A stretch of 64,000 nt of DNA, taken from Tubulanus polymorphus. Its lineage: Eukaryota; Animalia; Nemertea. A model generated the notes under the pieces. That model had not been told where the DNA came from. It did not search any database and saw only the letters and a program-made list of their open reading frames with translations. Location of the stretch: assembly GCF_964204645.1 (NCBI RefSeq), contig NC_134032.1, positions 3,000,175 to 3,064,174 of the forward strand, given 5' to 3'. Shown here in pieces: positions 41,560 through 55,276 of this stretch. Each line of letters opens with the position of its first letter. Position 1 is the stretch's first letter. Made by a program: the position numbers and the translations under genes.

Positions 41560-41930
41560 TTCGACAATGGTATATAAAGCATATCATGAAAACCTAATGT
41601 CTTTACACTCTACCCAGAACTGGTGCACAAGTCTCCACTCACTTCTAGAATGCCTCGACCTCTCAGGTGTTTGGTTCAATCGGGTTAAACCATCCCAACA
41701 AATAATTAATCTTCTGCAATCTAAAATGAAAGCCCTTTATTCATCCATATGGCTCAAAGAAATGAACGACATAAACAATAAACCCAAAACACCAATCCTA
41801 CAAACTATTTAAATCACGCTTTAATAAAGAAAATTATGTTCTTGCCAACAACTTCACAAATCGCCGCAAATTCTCCGAATAACGCCTTGGGTCCCGCCAT
41901 CTTCCTTTTGAAACTGGACGATATCACAGT
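41560..41930 (+). mobile_element. LINE (CR1/L2-group) ORF2 C-terminal fragment
   Basis: NWCTSLHSLL..LDLSGVW..IWLKEM..KPK..YKLFK..RLGSRHLPFETGRY, with frameshift and stop. Confidence 0.7.
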
Positions 41931-42280
41931 GTCCGAATATGTGAACTGGATTATATTTCACTGCATGAGATACGTAACGGCGAGGGGTCTGAAACAGTAA
42001 TACTTTAAATAACCTGTCTCAGTGACACACGCATTCTTTCTTTTTGAATTTATTTTCTTACCACTTTCATACGGGTAGCCTTTTACATATTAGGTTTTGT
42101 TATTTTTAAAATCTGTTTCATGCCTTTAGGATAAAGTTTAAATATATTTCTGGACCATGTTTCTTTGCGTCAATACAGTGCATCCATTGACTGGTAGCCC
42201 GGGGAATATCACTTATAGAAACATATAATTTCCTTTTGCAAAATTTAGAAACAAGTGGAACTATTGGTTAGCTAAATGAC

Positions 42281-43285
42281 ATGAAATATTTGAGTAATGC
42301 AATTCAATGTAATTGGTTCCAAAAAGATAATCGAACCCCGAGCGGGAAAATTGATAGCAATATTATACAAATTGAACACAATGGGAAACAAGAAAATATC
42401 GAGCTCAGGTATCGATCATTGAGGCAAAACTTGCTCGTCTTCAATGTTCCTGAAACTCCCGAAGTGGCCCGTAACTTTTTAACTGAGAAAATGAAAGTTT
42501 CTCTCGCTTCAGAAAGCAGTAAAGCTGTTTTAGACATAGCACATCGTATCGGATCGGGAAGTAAGTGCCCAAATAGTTATCCGCTTCACAACGCGCAGCG
42601 GGAAAATTGAAGCTATGACGTATAGCAAAAACCTAAAAGGTTCGAATTACTGCGTACGAGACCAACTACCCCTAAAAAAATGAATGATAGAGCAGCCGCC
42701 CAAATCGACGACTTCAAAGCGCTAAAACACAATGAACTAAACCGTGTGAGAATCGTTCGAGATATGCTCATGCTGAATGGAGAAATCAAGCGCCCGGAGT
42801 TTTCTCGCAACCCACTAACGCCCGACATAGTGGATTTAGTTGAAATTCACGAAACTGAATTAATCCAATCAAAAATAAAATCGATCGAAAATTGTGAGAT
42901 TCGCGCTCGTACAATTCGTTCTGAAAGGGTTCACGAAATCAAAGGTGCCCTTGTGAGAGCGCGCGCAGACCGCAGTGTATTGATTAATTCGAGGTTTCCA
43001 TACGCCTAACGCGCAAAGGGCATAGATGATGAGGATTTATGTGGTTTCGACGACGACAAAGAATACGGTATATGCCGGAGTATTTTCAAATTCGTGGTTG
43101 ATAATGATATCTATGGACTTGTCGTGGTTGCGAAATCTCCGATAAAATTTCGTGATAATCACTACATATTCAAGGCCATTGACGAAGTTATTCCGCAAAC
43201 TAGACCTCCCAGCGTGAACCAATCAAGAAAATATTTAACTAGTCAAAGATTCAAGATCAAGTCAAAAAAGGAAGATGCATTCTAA
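42281..43285 (+). pseudogene. LINE ORF1-like gene (coiled coil + L1-type RRM) with an IMPACT/UPF0029-like C-terminus
   Basis: RSLRQNLLVFNVPE and DIAHRIG motifs; C-terminal GFDDDKEYG...GLVVVAK; frameshifted. Confidence 0.55.
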
Positions 43286-43435
43286 CAACTGATTGCGATG
43301 TGAAGACTATGTTAGGCTCATTATAAGAACCTGCACTACAGCTATTTAACTTTAAAAATCATTCGTCGCAGACCCTCAAATACCGTGTACATTATCACTC
43401 AAATTGCCTAAATATGTCTGGTGACGTCGCTATAA

Positions 43436-45133
43436 GTAATAGGGAAAGTGTTGTTTCATACCAAAGGTCGGGTCGAGCCCACTCTCCCCAACTTTATATA
43501 TGAAACAACACTTTCCATATTACCTTTCAGTACTTTCATATTTAAATCAGTGAATATTTATATTTAAATGTGTTAAATTCTTGATTTTGACAAACAGTAA
43601 CGAGTAATTAACGAGTGAAAAATTCATATTTAAATCAACGAATATTTATATTTATATGTGTTAAAAATTCTTGATTTTAACATAAAAGTAAGGAGTAATT
43701 AACGAGTTGAAGAAAATATCAGCCAAAGGTCATAGGGTCGCGTGATTAAAGTGTGAGTGAAATAATTCATATTTAAATCATTGAATATTTATATTTATAT
43801 GTGTTAAATTTTTATTTTCAATATGAAAGTAACGAGTAATTAACGAGTTGAAGAGAATATCAATTTTAATAAAAATAAGCAAATAAGAAGTACTACTGTT
43901 CAACATATGAAATCAATTACAATTACAAATTTCATTCCTATTAAAGATTTGATTAAAACTGTTCGCCTGCGTTTTCAAGTGAAAAATTTTACGGACGAAT
44001 TTTTAAAAATCATTATCTAATAATAGAGTTATCGAATGATAAAGATAAAATCTTATTCAATATAATAATTCCAAAATTCACAACATTTGAAGAAATAGAT
44101 CAACATCTAATAATTACGGATGAAATGCAATCACTTTTTAATAATGAAAATTCGCATAAAACATGGTTTCTACACTTACGTTATTGCCCTTTCAGAGAAT
44201 GCTATGTAATGTTTTTCAGAGTAGAAGAAAAGAGATTCATCCCGGACATTCCAAATGAAAAATTATTCAAAGATGTTGGAATTCAATGTAACTAAGACAA
44301 TAAAATGGAAACACCTAAATATGAACCTAATGAAAAAGCGTTATGTAATTGAGGAAAATATTATTATACTCGAAGCAGTAAATCACACCATCTTAAATCA
44401 AAATAACTCAAAAATAATAATTCAACTCTAAATATTCAAAATAATATATTTCAAATTACTTTTTTTCTTAAATAAATGGATGGTTTCAGCATTCCAATTG
44501 GAAAAAGTGATTTGAAACATTATCTTATAGCAGGAGGGTTAATATTGGCTGCGTTATACTTTTACTATGAAAATATTTCAAAAGATCTAATGAATGAAAA
44601 CATTAAATTGAGTAAAAAGTGAAAGAAGATAAATGGAAACAATCACAGGAAAAATAGCAATAAAAATGTTAATGATTTAAATGATTTGGAGGATTAAGAC
44701 AGAATATTTTAATTTAATTTATTTTATATATTTTAACTATAAAAATGATTGAAAATATATTAAATTTATTACATCTTATTTACAGAAATCAAGAGCGCAT
44801 TAAGTTAATCATTATGATTTCAGGTTTATTTTCATTCTCAATTTATAGAGTATCACTGATATTATTCTAGTGCTGCGTAGAGATACTACCAATATCATAT
44901 ATTAATATAAATTTCAAAAATAAAATCATATTTTGAAATATTATAGAATTTGGAATTGTGTATGAATGGATGAGTGGATGAATTGGATGAATTGGAAGAC
45001 TCATCCATTCATCCAAGTTATTTATACTATATCTAATTATTATTTTAATAAAATATGAATATACTATGTTAAATTTAATATAGAATACATATATTATACT
45101 CGTATTATTCTTCCAATTCGTGTGTTTAAAAGT

Positions 45134-45164
<31 letters not shown>

Positions 45165-45440
45165 TACACCCATCCATTCATCCATTCATCCAATTCATTC
45201 AATTCATCCATCAATATGTATAGGAAATTAAACTTTTTAATTATCAAAATTTATTTGAATTTATCATCTAATTCATGAATATACCTGAGTTTTTAAACAC
45301 TTTTTATTTTTATATTTTGTATTACAAATTTCACAAGACTTAATATTATTAATTCTATCTGATAGATAATTGATATTATCTTTTAATTCCGCGTGTCTTA
45401 TTTTACAAGAATCATAGAATTCTAACAACTGCTTTATACT
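43436..45440 (+). mobile_element. Unclassified AT-rich hairpin-ended element, copy 1 (decayed, internally inverted)
   Basis: Terminal hairpin 43436-43523, tandem repeats and small ORFs homologous to 58282-61012. Confidence 0.75.
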
Positions 45441-47450
45441 TTCCTATAATCAACACAGAATTTATACGAGCCATCGGACTTTGGTCCTAATACTGTAGGT
45501 GAGGCCCATGCGCTAGAACTAGGGCGGATGATTTTTGAATTTAGCATTTAGGTTCCTTATTCATGTTCTTTATTGGTACAGGGACTTTCCCCTGTTCTAC
45601 GGTGACTAAAGCCCGTCCAGGTAGAAGACCGATGACAGGAGAAGGAAATGCCTGGTTGGGTTCAGCGAGGACCGTGGTACCGTTCTTTACCATTCACGTG
45701 TGCATAATCTTCTGTGATAATGCGGGTAAACTTATGTTGTTGATGTTATGTACTGATTTTGCCCCATTGATAGCTATATTTTTCTGAAGCTTGATTGGCT
45801 TGCTACCATTTAGACATGGGGTTTCCTCATTGTAATTTACGATAGCACCATTAGTGTTAAAAATCGAGACCCAATATGAGTCGATATTCTTGTGGTCGTG
45901 CCTCATAGACTGGTTGTATTATATCAACTTCGCCAAGACTAATGGGTACCTGGGCTAAGCCAAGTATTTCTATTTTACTACAATTAGCTCTGTTAGCGTG
46001 ATTGTATTTGCAGGGTTGTAATTCAATAGCTCGTATTTCCGATATCTGATTAAATAATTCCTTGCTCATCACAGAAATGGCGGCACCACTATCGATCAAT
46101 GTAGTAACGGGTGTGAGTCCATCAACTTTGGAATTGACCAGGTTGCCAATTGATGACAATATAATCGGATTTGGTGTTTCGTCACGATTTTTTGTTATTT
46201 GCCCTAGTGTATCTACTAGACTTTTTATCTGGTCGTTATAGAACTTCTTTTTATTTTCAATCAATTGTTTTGGTTGGTTTCAGCGACCGACTATATTTTT
46301 GTTACTGTGGGATCGGTTTCTGCACGATGTGGGATCTATTCTATCTTTTCTACTACTTCGTTTGGAACCGTTTGGCCCTATAGGATGGGTTTCTGCTCCA
46401 GTAGTTTTGATTATACTGGATCCGCCTAAACCATCGACTTGGTCCAAACTTTTCGAAGCTTTGGTAGCCTCAATGGAATGATTTTCTATATTCTCGCCAA
46501 AAGTTCCAAAAGGGATAGTTTTGATTATATCATCGTTGTTTGGAGAACTTGGTAGATTTTATTTTGTAGCTGGCGTGAGTTTCAGGTCCTTTTGAAATTG
46601 CTGAGTTGTTGATGATTTGTTTTAGCTCAGAGTGGGACCTGTCAGCCTGAGCTATCGGCCGTTTCCCGAATTTGTGCTTTGGTTTCTTGGTGTACGTTTG
46701 AGGTGCTGCTGCTTTAGTGGAGGTGTCTGTTCGATATTTCACCACATTTACTACAATACGGTTTCGCGGTGTTCACGATTTGACTGACATTCCTTGTTTC
46801 AAGCCATTACGAGAGTCTGTTCAAAGTTAAGTGGATTCTGCGGCATTACAGACTCCTTTAGGATAGCCTCAAGCCCACTGACGAATACGCTTAGTTTTAC
46901 TTCTTCCGGTACATTGCAACGCCTGGCCTCTTTGTTTATGGTTTTGATGAATGTTTCGAGTGACTCTCCGGGCTGTTGTTTAATGTCAATGAATTCGGTG
47001 AGGCCGAAATTTGCATTTTGTCGGGTAAAAGATTGTGTGAGATATGTCCTAATAGCCTCATACGTCGGTAGAGCTGTACGGTCAGTTTTCTTTTTGTGTA
47101 TGTAAACTGATCTGGCTTTGCCAGTCAAATTCGTTGTCAGAAATTTCTTTTTATAGAAGCAGGCACCTCGAAGGTTTCAATGACCTCTTCGAAATGATAA
47201 AAAAATTCTTCAACTGAGATCTCGTCCTCCCCGTTAAATTTCGGCAGTTGTGTCAAGATCGTTCGAACTTGGGTTTCGTGTAGAATATCTGGTTTCAATA
47301 GTGATGTGTTCATTTGTTGATGAAATGGTTGTAATAACCGTGGCGGTTGTATTACTATTTATACTTGTATTAATATTTATAACGCGCAAAATATACCCGG
47401 AAATAAAACCGATGGAATTGAACCGATCCAACTCGGACAACCGTTCAGTC
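45441..47450 (-). mobile_element. Ty3/Gypsy LTR retrotransposon remnant (gag, protease, RT N-terminus)
   Basis: Gag-like IKQQPGESLETF, protease LIDSGA, RT start [31 protein letters not shown] truncated at 45441. Confidence 0.9.
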
Positions 47451-47699
47451 ATGAGACCAGGTGATTGCGAGCTTCACGGATCTAGACATACTTACTTAAC
47501 TTTCTGCATCATCTTGTCAATGGTGTGCCTCAGGTCACGTTCCGGTAATTTATTCCGCACCGCTTTCTTCTTATCAACACGTGACTTCTTGGGCTGCTTA
47601 CCCAAGGGTACTGGCACGGGCTTATGTGAGGGAATCGACACGGGCATAATTCGTTCCATAGCTGGAACAATCGAAGCGATTCGTGTGAATGAAAAGCGA

Positions 47700-48240
47700 A
47701 TCGCTAAGTTGGTCCTTAGCTCTCTCCGAAAATATGCCCGTGCATATTTGGCAAATCCTTAAACACCCTGACGATTCAGGTGCAATCTTTCGCAAACAGT
47801 TCGGGTTTTACGTTCGATTTGGCTAGGAAGGATCGATACCCTCGAATGAATCGTATCTCGGTTCCGTGCGATTTCACCTTCTTCGCGACGTGTTGATTGA
47901 CACTGACGATTTTGTCACCGGTTTTCTTTTTGTCGATTGGTCTGGGTACAATTGCAGATATCACAACGCAGCGGCAACCTTTTCCCGAAAACCTTGTGGC
48001 AATTGCCATGATATTGTTTGCTTTGTCTAAAGCCGCAAGATTGCCGTTTATATCGTTGGTCCCAACATTGAGAAGAATGTAATCATACTGGCAACATAAT
48101 CCAAAGTTCAAAGTTATTTGTTTTTTTTACTGGTCAAAGTTATTTGACATTTTCTCGTAAGTAATACCCCCGTGTGCTTGGACATCGACGTCCAAGCAGC
48201 TGCCGAGAAATTTCAACATCGAGTCACACATCGAGCTACA
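47700..48240 (-). pseudogene. SGNH/GDSL esterase-like ORF upstream of Gypsy gag
   Basis: DSMLKFL (block I), VQAHGG (block II), LLNVGTNDI (block III), ISAIVPRP, frameshifted D..HLN..G-like block V. Confidence 0.75.
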
Positions 48241-48679
48241 CGAAGCAGACATGTTTATGAAGTTTAGCCTGGTGGTAGCTTGCCGAGGTTTATATACACC
48301 CGAAACGCGGATAACTAATGTATGCGTACAATCTGTGCATTGTTCTCAAGTAGTCATCTACTCGAGGCTAATTATGCTAATTAACAATATCATTGACTGG
48401 TGACGCGCAGATGTCACTAATGCAAGTGGCGCCATGGGACTAGTAATTGTACTATTTCAAAAATTATCCAATGCAATCCAAACGGCCCTTTAACTACAAC
48501 ACCTTCATTGCTTAATATTAGTTCCATTTTGTTTTCACTAACAAAACGCCTTTTTCTTGTTTGTGATTCTATTCTGCAATCGCTTATTGAACACCTTTCA
48601 AGAATGATGAATTCGATGATTTAAATTTTGAATTTTAATATTTTTGAAATTGTAATTGTAATTTTTATTTTATCACTGT

Positions 48680-48746
48680 GTCCCGATTGAAAATGATTTT
48701 AAATCGGGAGCCCAACCGGGAACCGGGGGCAAGCTTCATGGGGGTG
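48680..48746. repeat. Isolated terminus of the Foldback-like family
   Basis: aatcgggagcccaaccgggaaccggg..gcttcatgggggt resembles 34160-34213. Confidence 0.6.
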
Positions 48747-48899
48747 GATCGGGTACCAATTTGTTTCAAAATCAGCATATGACGTATACTATTGCACTTT
48801 AAAGGGTGCGAGGTAAGCACACCAATTGATCTTTACAATTTTCCTCTCAATGTGGCCCGCATACTCTTCTTTTGCATTGCGAATCATTTACACCAGGCC

Positions 48900-51800
48900 G
48901 CTCCTTGCACACGGGAGTCATCGTACGGTCTTCTCGTATTTCATTTTAACCGGATTTGGATATTTTTTTTCTACGTCTGTTATGAGTTCAGCTTTGCATT
49001 TGTGAACAGTAAATTGCATCCACATTTCCATTTTATTGCATGTATATCTTCTCCTGATATTTCTACTTGGTGATTCTTGATAATATTCTATTTCCGACTG
49101 TATGGTCGAATTCTTTAGTTTATCAGCGTGTAAATTATATGACCGCATCGAAACTTTCATCCCTGACTATCCCTTAAGAAAGTAAACCATTACAGAACGT
49201 GTGTCGAGTTGATAAAGTTGACATTAGAAATAGATTCAATGTTTGTGACGATTTTATAATGTGTATGTAGTCACATGTTTCAGATGCAGTTTTTCGATGT
49301 CCAAATTTTTCAAAGTCGCAATTATTTGGGAGAAAATAGAGTCCCATCTTGAGGAACAAATTAACTATTCATCCGAACTCTTCTATCGGACGCAACCGCA
49401 TATAGTATCTTATTCTGCCTGTCAAATCTTTCCTAAAATAGGATAAGATGATTTGTAAGAGGATGGATCCTCAGATAATGGTCTTATGCTGTTAATACTA
49501 GGCTCAAGTTCTAACTCCTCACTATCTTAGAATTCCTTGACGTAACGTTCCTTCTCTCATCGATCATTTGAGATGAGGCCATCCACTAAATTCAGTTTTG
49601 ACCTATTGGCGTTTTTGAGACGTGGAAATGCATTTCGTTAATAATCCCATTTCTAAGTTAGGCCAATGCCAGATTTCATGCTCTCGGATTTTAGTCCCCC
49701 ACTTCAACAGCATTTTTAATTGTAATCAACGCCCTCGCCCTACAGTTGTCTCTCCGTATCGCTGTGTTTGCAGTGTTATTTTTGGTCTCTGACAAATTTC
49801 GAGCAATAGAAAATGAAACAATTCTTCCCCAGTTCATCGTTCGGCTTTCTATGGTGGCATTTCGCAAACCGAAAAGAACTGGCCTCTTTTTAACGTACGC
49901 GCTGGTATATTATTTACTATCGAATCGAACGAATCCCTATTTTCGTCGAGCATTCCTTTTAGTGTAGGCGTCGAACTTCGTGGACGCCTGCAAGAAAGAA
50001 TGTATTTACGAAATACGTGTCGTCTTTAGAACTCGTGGTTGTTAGCTGATTCGAAGCGAAGTGACTATAACCGCCAGACGAGTATCAATATGTTTAAATA
50101 AGTTACAAGTTACAAGTTTGTTTATTCATCACAATCAAATGACATGATTGTCAATGAACAACGAACCAGTAGAAAAAGTAAACAATATATACATGTAACC
50201 GCACTTGCCTAAAATAAAAACTATATATGGAAGATAAGTAATTTATTAAGTCTATAATTCAAAAACAAAATAACTAAAGTACTGAGAAAAAAAATGAAAA
50301 TAAACAGGGCCCTTTTTACAAAACTTAGATCAGAAAAATAAAAATAAAATCAAATTAAATTAGCTTAAATGTAAATCAATGATCAATTAAAGTTCTTTTT
50401 CTTCAAAAGTTTATAAATTTTAACTTAGCGTCGCTCCAAAAAGGTCGCTCTGCCGCTCCTCGAAATTGTTCGATGCGCCGCTCCCGAAATAGTTCGCTGT
50501 GGTTCCTGTTGCTGTCAAAGATCTGTAGTAATTGTTGATCTGTGGTTCCAAAAATTTTTAAACGTTTGCTGAATGCGTCGTATCTGTCGAATTTATAATT
50601 TGCATGTCACGCAAATATCACTGATGATGAAAGTCCACTGGTGGTACGCGGAGTTTGGTACGCGGAAAAAAACAGTTTTACTTAACAATGTTTTTTATCA
50701 CCAAGCTGGCTAAACTTCTGTGGCCTTAAAACTTTAACTACCACTAATAACAAGTGTCCTTCCGAATCACTTTCGAATCACGAACACAACTCCGTAATGA
50801 TAAAAATTCAATCCCGTTAGAAGTTCTCCAACAGTAAAAAAAGTTTGTGACGATTATGACCACTGCCACAAAAGATTTCTTATATAAATTACGTATCAAG
50901 TTTTACTAGTTGTAAAAACTCAAAAATTGCAGGAGAGCTCGAGGTGAGCTTTCTCCTATCTCGAAATCTCAAAAGCGTCTACCCTCTCTCCAAACTATCC
51001 ACGCCCAACTTCCTGCAGGGGCTCCCTTAAAAATAATCTCTCAAAGATCCATTCAAGTCAAAAAATTAGATAGTTTATCCCCTAAAATGTTGAAAAGGAA
51101 CTTACCCAAAATAATACTAATGTATTTAACTCCCGCCACATAATTGTGAAATCCTAATATTCCTCTTTATAGAATAAAAATGAATACTTTATGAGATTAA
51201 AATAATTGAAATTCTTGTGAACCCCATAGCTTCCGGTAAAAATTGCATCAGCATATACGTGTCAAAATTCACAACTCATAATAATTAACACCAAGGCTAC
51301 ATGAGCCAGCGACCTCATAAAACTTGAATATGTTTAAACTAGTGAACTAAATTCAGCAAATGCCTGTTATGAAAACTAGACAACACGAACCAACAGATTT
51401 TACATTTAACTTTAAGATCAAACATTTAATGATAAAAAAAATTAGATATAACGTAAGGACTTTAAGGAAATATATATAAAACCGACTACAGGCTGTTCCA
51501 ACTAAAATGATGGGACCCCCCATAGTAGTGGCTACATACATATATACAATACCAGAATTACTAAAATATTTACCAAGAAAAAGTCAATGAGACAAGTACC
51601 ATACTGTACATATGTAACTTCAGGCATGTTGGCTTTCTTTCTAATGTGCGAGTTTTGCAACATTTCTGCAGTTTTAGAAGGTATCCATTTTTTGCTTCAT
51701 TAAGAGCCAATATCACAAAGTTAGAACAATCTATCAAGTAGTCTTTGATGGTGCTTGCTTTGATTTTCCCCAACATCGAGTGTAAAAATTTTGCGTCAAC

Positions 51801-51980
51801 GTTTCGCATTTTCGCTGGCGAGTTAACTGTCAAACTTTTTACATAGGCACGCATTACCATTTCAATGTCCCTTGCCCTTTTATCTGCAAATGATCCTTCT
51901 TGGTTCCGCCTCCAAATGATTGGACCAATTCCTTTAAAGCTCAACTTCTCTCTAGTCGAGATATATAAAACTGTTTTCAA
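48900..51980 (-). pseudogene. Fragmented tyrosine-recombinase-like gene
   Basis: N-terminal KASTIKDYL..SNF (51570-51980); LRNGII..LKNANRS, QHKT..G and YYMRLRP motifs at about 49350-49660; many stops and an intervening insertion. Confidence 0.5.
50095..50425 (-). mobile_element. LINE 3' tail fragment
   Basis: Minus strand has AATAAA followed by a (CTTGTAA) repeat tail. Confidence 0.4.
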
Positions 51981-54099
51981 TCCATCTATGGTTCAAATTC
52001 CTTTTCCAAGAAAGAGGAATGCTAACAAAGGCCGGCTATACATTTTTTAATTCAATTTATTTCATATCCGTACATAATATGGACTTTTCATATTTGCTTA
52101 AATAAACATCCATCCTCCAGATTTTTGTGAAAAAATCAACATTTTGCTTCTTGTTCTGGGCTCCATTCTCAGAATTGGTTGCGTTCAACATCACTCTGCG
52201 AGAGATATCGGTAATACTGGTACGGAAAACGGATACGGTACTGGCGGCTTTTGTTTCACTCGATATCTTAAGTATATATTCTAATGATCTGTATGGATAG
52301 AACGGTATATTTTTTCAAAAAGTTATTTCGACCTAGGCTGAAGGCGCATTTGTATAAATGGTTTTCTTTAACGATTTCGATATCCTCTTCGATGCCTGAT
52401 TTTCGAAGTTTAGATTTACCCACTCCTCCATATACAGCGAAATTAACCATCATCCCGATGAAGTGAAGATCCTCATTACGCTCATCCTTGAGTTAAACGT
52501 TTGACTCCCCTTACGAAAACATTACTCGAGAATTTTTTTTCTTTACATGTGTGAAAATTCATTTCTCATGATGTGAAATGGGCAGTAATGGGAAGTAATG
52601 GGCGTAAATGTGACAATTCACATATGCAAAATATAGAAATTCACACGTGTAATTTTCACACGTTTAATCCAAAATATTTCATTTTATAATCACGAAATCT
52701 CCGACCATCAATCGAATATCACAATCCTAAACTCCTTTGCCAAATCTTGTCAAAATCCTGCAATACTATTTTTGCACAATAGAAATACCCTAGTATTTTG
52801 TTTTGGTTTATTTAATGACTTCCATATATGTGAAAATTTGATTAATTTTTTCCAAATATTCCCGACCGGTCATACTTGATTTTCTGCGCCATTTTTGCTC
52901 GGATCTCGGCAGGTGTTATATCTGGAAATATTTCCATTAGATGGCCTAGGAGGAAAAAGTCAATAAAAGAAATAAATCCACGGGAGCTCATTATTTCATG
53001 AAAACTGACAATTTCTCAGAGTGTAATGAAACTTACGAATAATGAGATTCACGCGCACTTGATTAAGCGCATTTGCTTCATCCCACCGCCTGTTACTGTT
53101 TTCATCGTCATCTCCTCAGAAGTAGTTAGAGCTGACATCAACGAAGACGTCAGTTTTCCGAAGGTTTTTGATGCTATCTATTTAGTATAGGATGACGTAG
53201 TTGGATCTAGCAGTGGATATGCTAACTGAAAGAGATTTGCATCATTCACCAATCTACTGTGTTGGAGACTTGCCGTATAATGACAGCGGTACTAGAACAT
53301 TGTCCATAGAAGATTCATCGTGAAAACCTGAAAAAAATTAAGCCAAAAAATAGAAGTAACGACAAAGTGCAAAGAACTTCCTACATCGAAAAATATTTGC
53401 GGTTGCGCCGGACCGGGCACGTTTTTTTATGACCGGCAGTATATATTCTACAATATGGCCATCAGTAAATATCGAGAAGGAGTATCATGTCACCGTTGAC
53501 TGCGTTTCTTGTTCCACAATGCAAAAGCCATATCTCTATCGTATTGTTCTGTCGTTAAAAGAACAATTGCTATGCTGTCTCTGTCCCATAAATTATGTGA
53601 TTATTGGTTGATTTTCTTGAAATTTAGATAATTAACTTAAACTAAGTAAATATTTACAGCTATACGTGGATTGGAGTCGCTGTCTTGGCAACTTGTGGTT
53701 GTCGAGCGAGGAATCAGCCTCTGAGGGAGTCACAATATTGTGTTTATGCTACGAGCAGTTATCTCTACCCACACGCGAATAAGTTGGTGAAGTATGTATT
53801 AACCTCGACTAGAACGTCGCACGCGAACGCTTAACATTTCGAGATGATTTATGCGGTGCTCAATACCTCGCAAGCAACAGCATCGGCGGCAGAAATTGAT
53901 TTGTGTAAGTCGTTAGCTATAGTGGTTTGACGCGCCCGTCGCAGTATATGTTCCCGTAGGCGAACAAGTAGTTTATTACGTTGACCTGACACATATTCGT
54001 TTTACTATTCATTTATCTTAAATAGATTAGCAGATTTTTATTCGGCGCCCGAATAACGAGATCTTCGCTCGTTCTTTTTTTGTACACGACTCACTTAAT

Positions 54100-54990
54100 C
54101 CTATTGCATACTTGGCAACCAGTTCTTTATCACCAGCGCGGTAGCGGAAAAATGCGTCGACCTTCTCTTTTCGACCACTGAAATCTTTTTCAGTAGCCAA
54201 GATTTTATTTCTCCCGCTATATTGTACATCGGTATTGTTTCGCTTCAGGCAAAAATCTCGGCATCGAAAGGCCACTCGCGCGTACTTTCGGGTGCCGGTT
54301 CCTTCCTCACACGGATTCGTCATCATCATCGTCCTCGTCACTGCTCGCAGTGATTAATATCCAAACCGCTACCGAAAAATCGTTGTCATTTTCGGTGAGT
54401 AGTGTCCGGGCGGATCACGCAAGTAGTCGTTTTCGGTACGCTGATTCATCAAGTTTTTCGTATATGGAGGCGATGCCCCATGAAGGCATTTCAATTGAAT
54501 TTATGACTTCGTCGAATTTTGATTCCATAGAATTTAGCAGTGAATTGATTGCCTCAACCAGCTGTTGATTTATTTCACCGTTTATGGAGGGAAGATCCCG
54601 AATATCGTTTTCGGAAGTCAAATAATCACCCCCTGGAATTTCATGCACATTTAAAGTACCTCCGTCCATTGAAGGAACGGTCGGTATCACTAGCTGTCTG
54701 CAATTGGACTTTGTTGCTGATGTGCGGTGGGCGTTTGAAAAGTAATATCGTTCCCTTAAGGCCGCGCTGGCGTTTGGTTTGCCTGCAAAGGATCAACTTC
54801 TTTGGCTGAACGAGACACAACTTTACGAGATGGCATTTGAAATTCCGATCTCGTTTTAGGGATTGCGCCGGCAGTTTTTTTGTGACACTGATACACTGTA
54901 GGTTTTGCGTCCATAGTAAAGAGTAGTGAACGGTGTGAAAGAAAGATCGTAGAAGCTTGAATAGCACCAAAAATTGATAAAAACAACGTT
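54100..54990 (-). pseudogene. Decayed transposon accessory ORF (DUF4806-like)
   Basis: Low-complexity region, coiled coil, then YEKLDESAYRKRLL...VQYSGRNK; frameshifted. Confidence 0.3.
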
Positions 54991-55276
54991 TAACAGCACA
55001 GGGCTGAGTCAACTAAAAAAAAACCATGAATAGAAAAAGAGAATTATACCAGAAAACTGTTGAATCTCGCTGTAGGGTTCTCCGCCAGTGTAAGACTTTG
55101 ATACATACGAATATGTAACTATAATCCAATATTATCCAGGATCAAACACGAGAGACAGCAATCGGTATAAATATATACAAGCGTAGTTTATTCTACGAGT
55201 GTTGGTTAGTAAATTGACAAAGTTGTAAAGAATGTTAGTATCTTATACATAACGGTTACTATTTACAATAACTACT

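Noticed and set aside
47250-47762. 170-aa plus-strand ORF with a hydrophobic segment
   Set aside because: Antisense to the Gypsy gag/SGNH region; the hydrophobic run mirrors a Thr/Asn-rich stretch on the other strand
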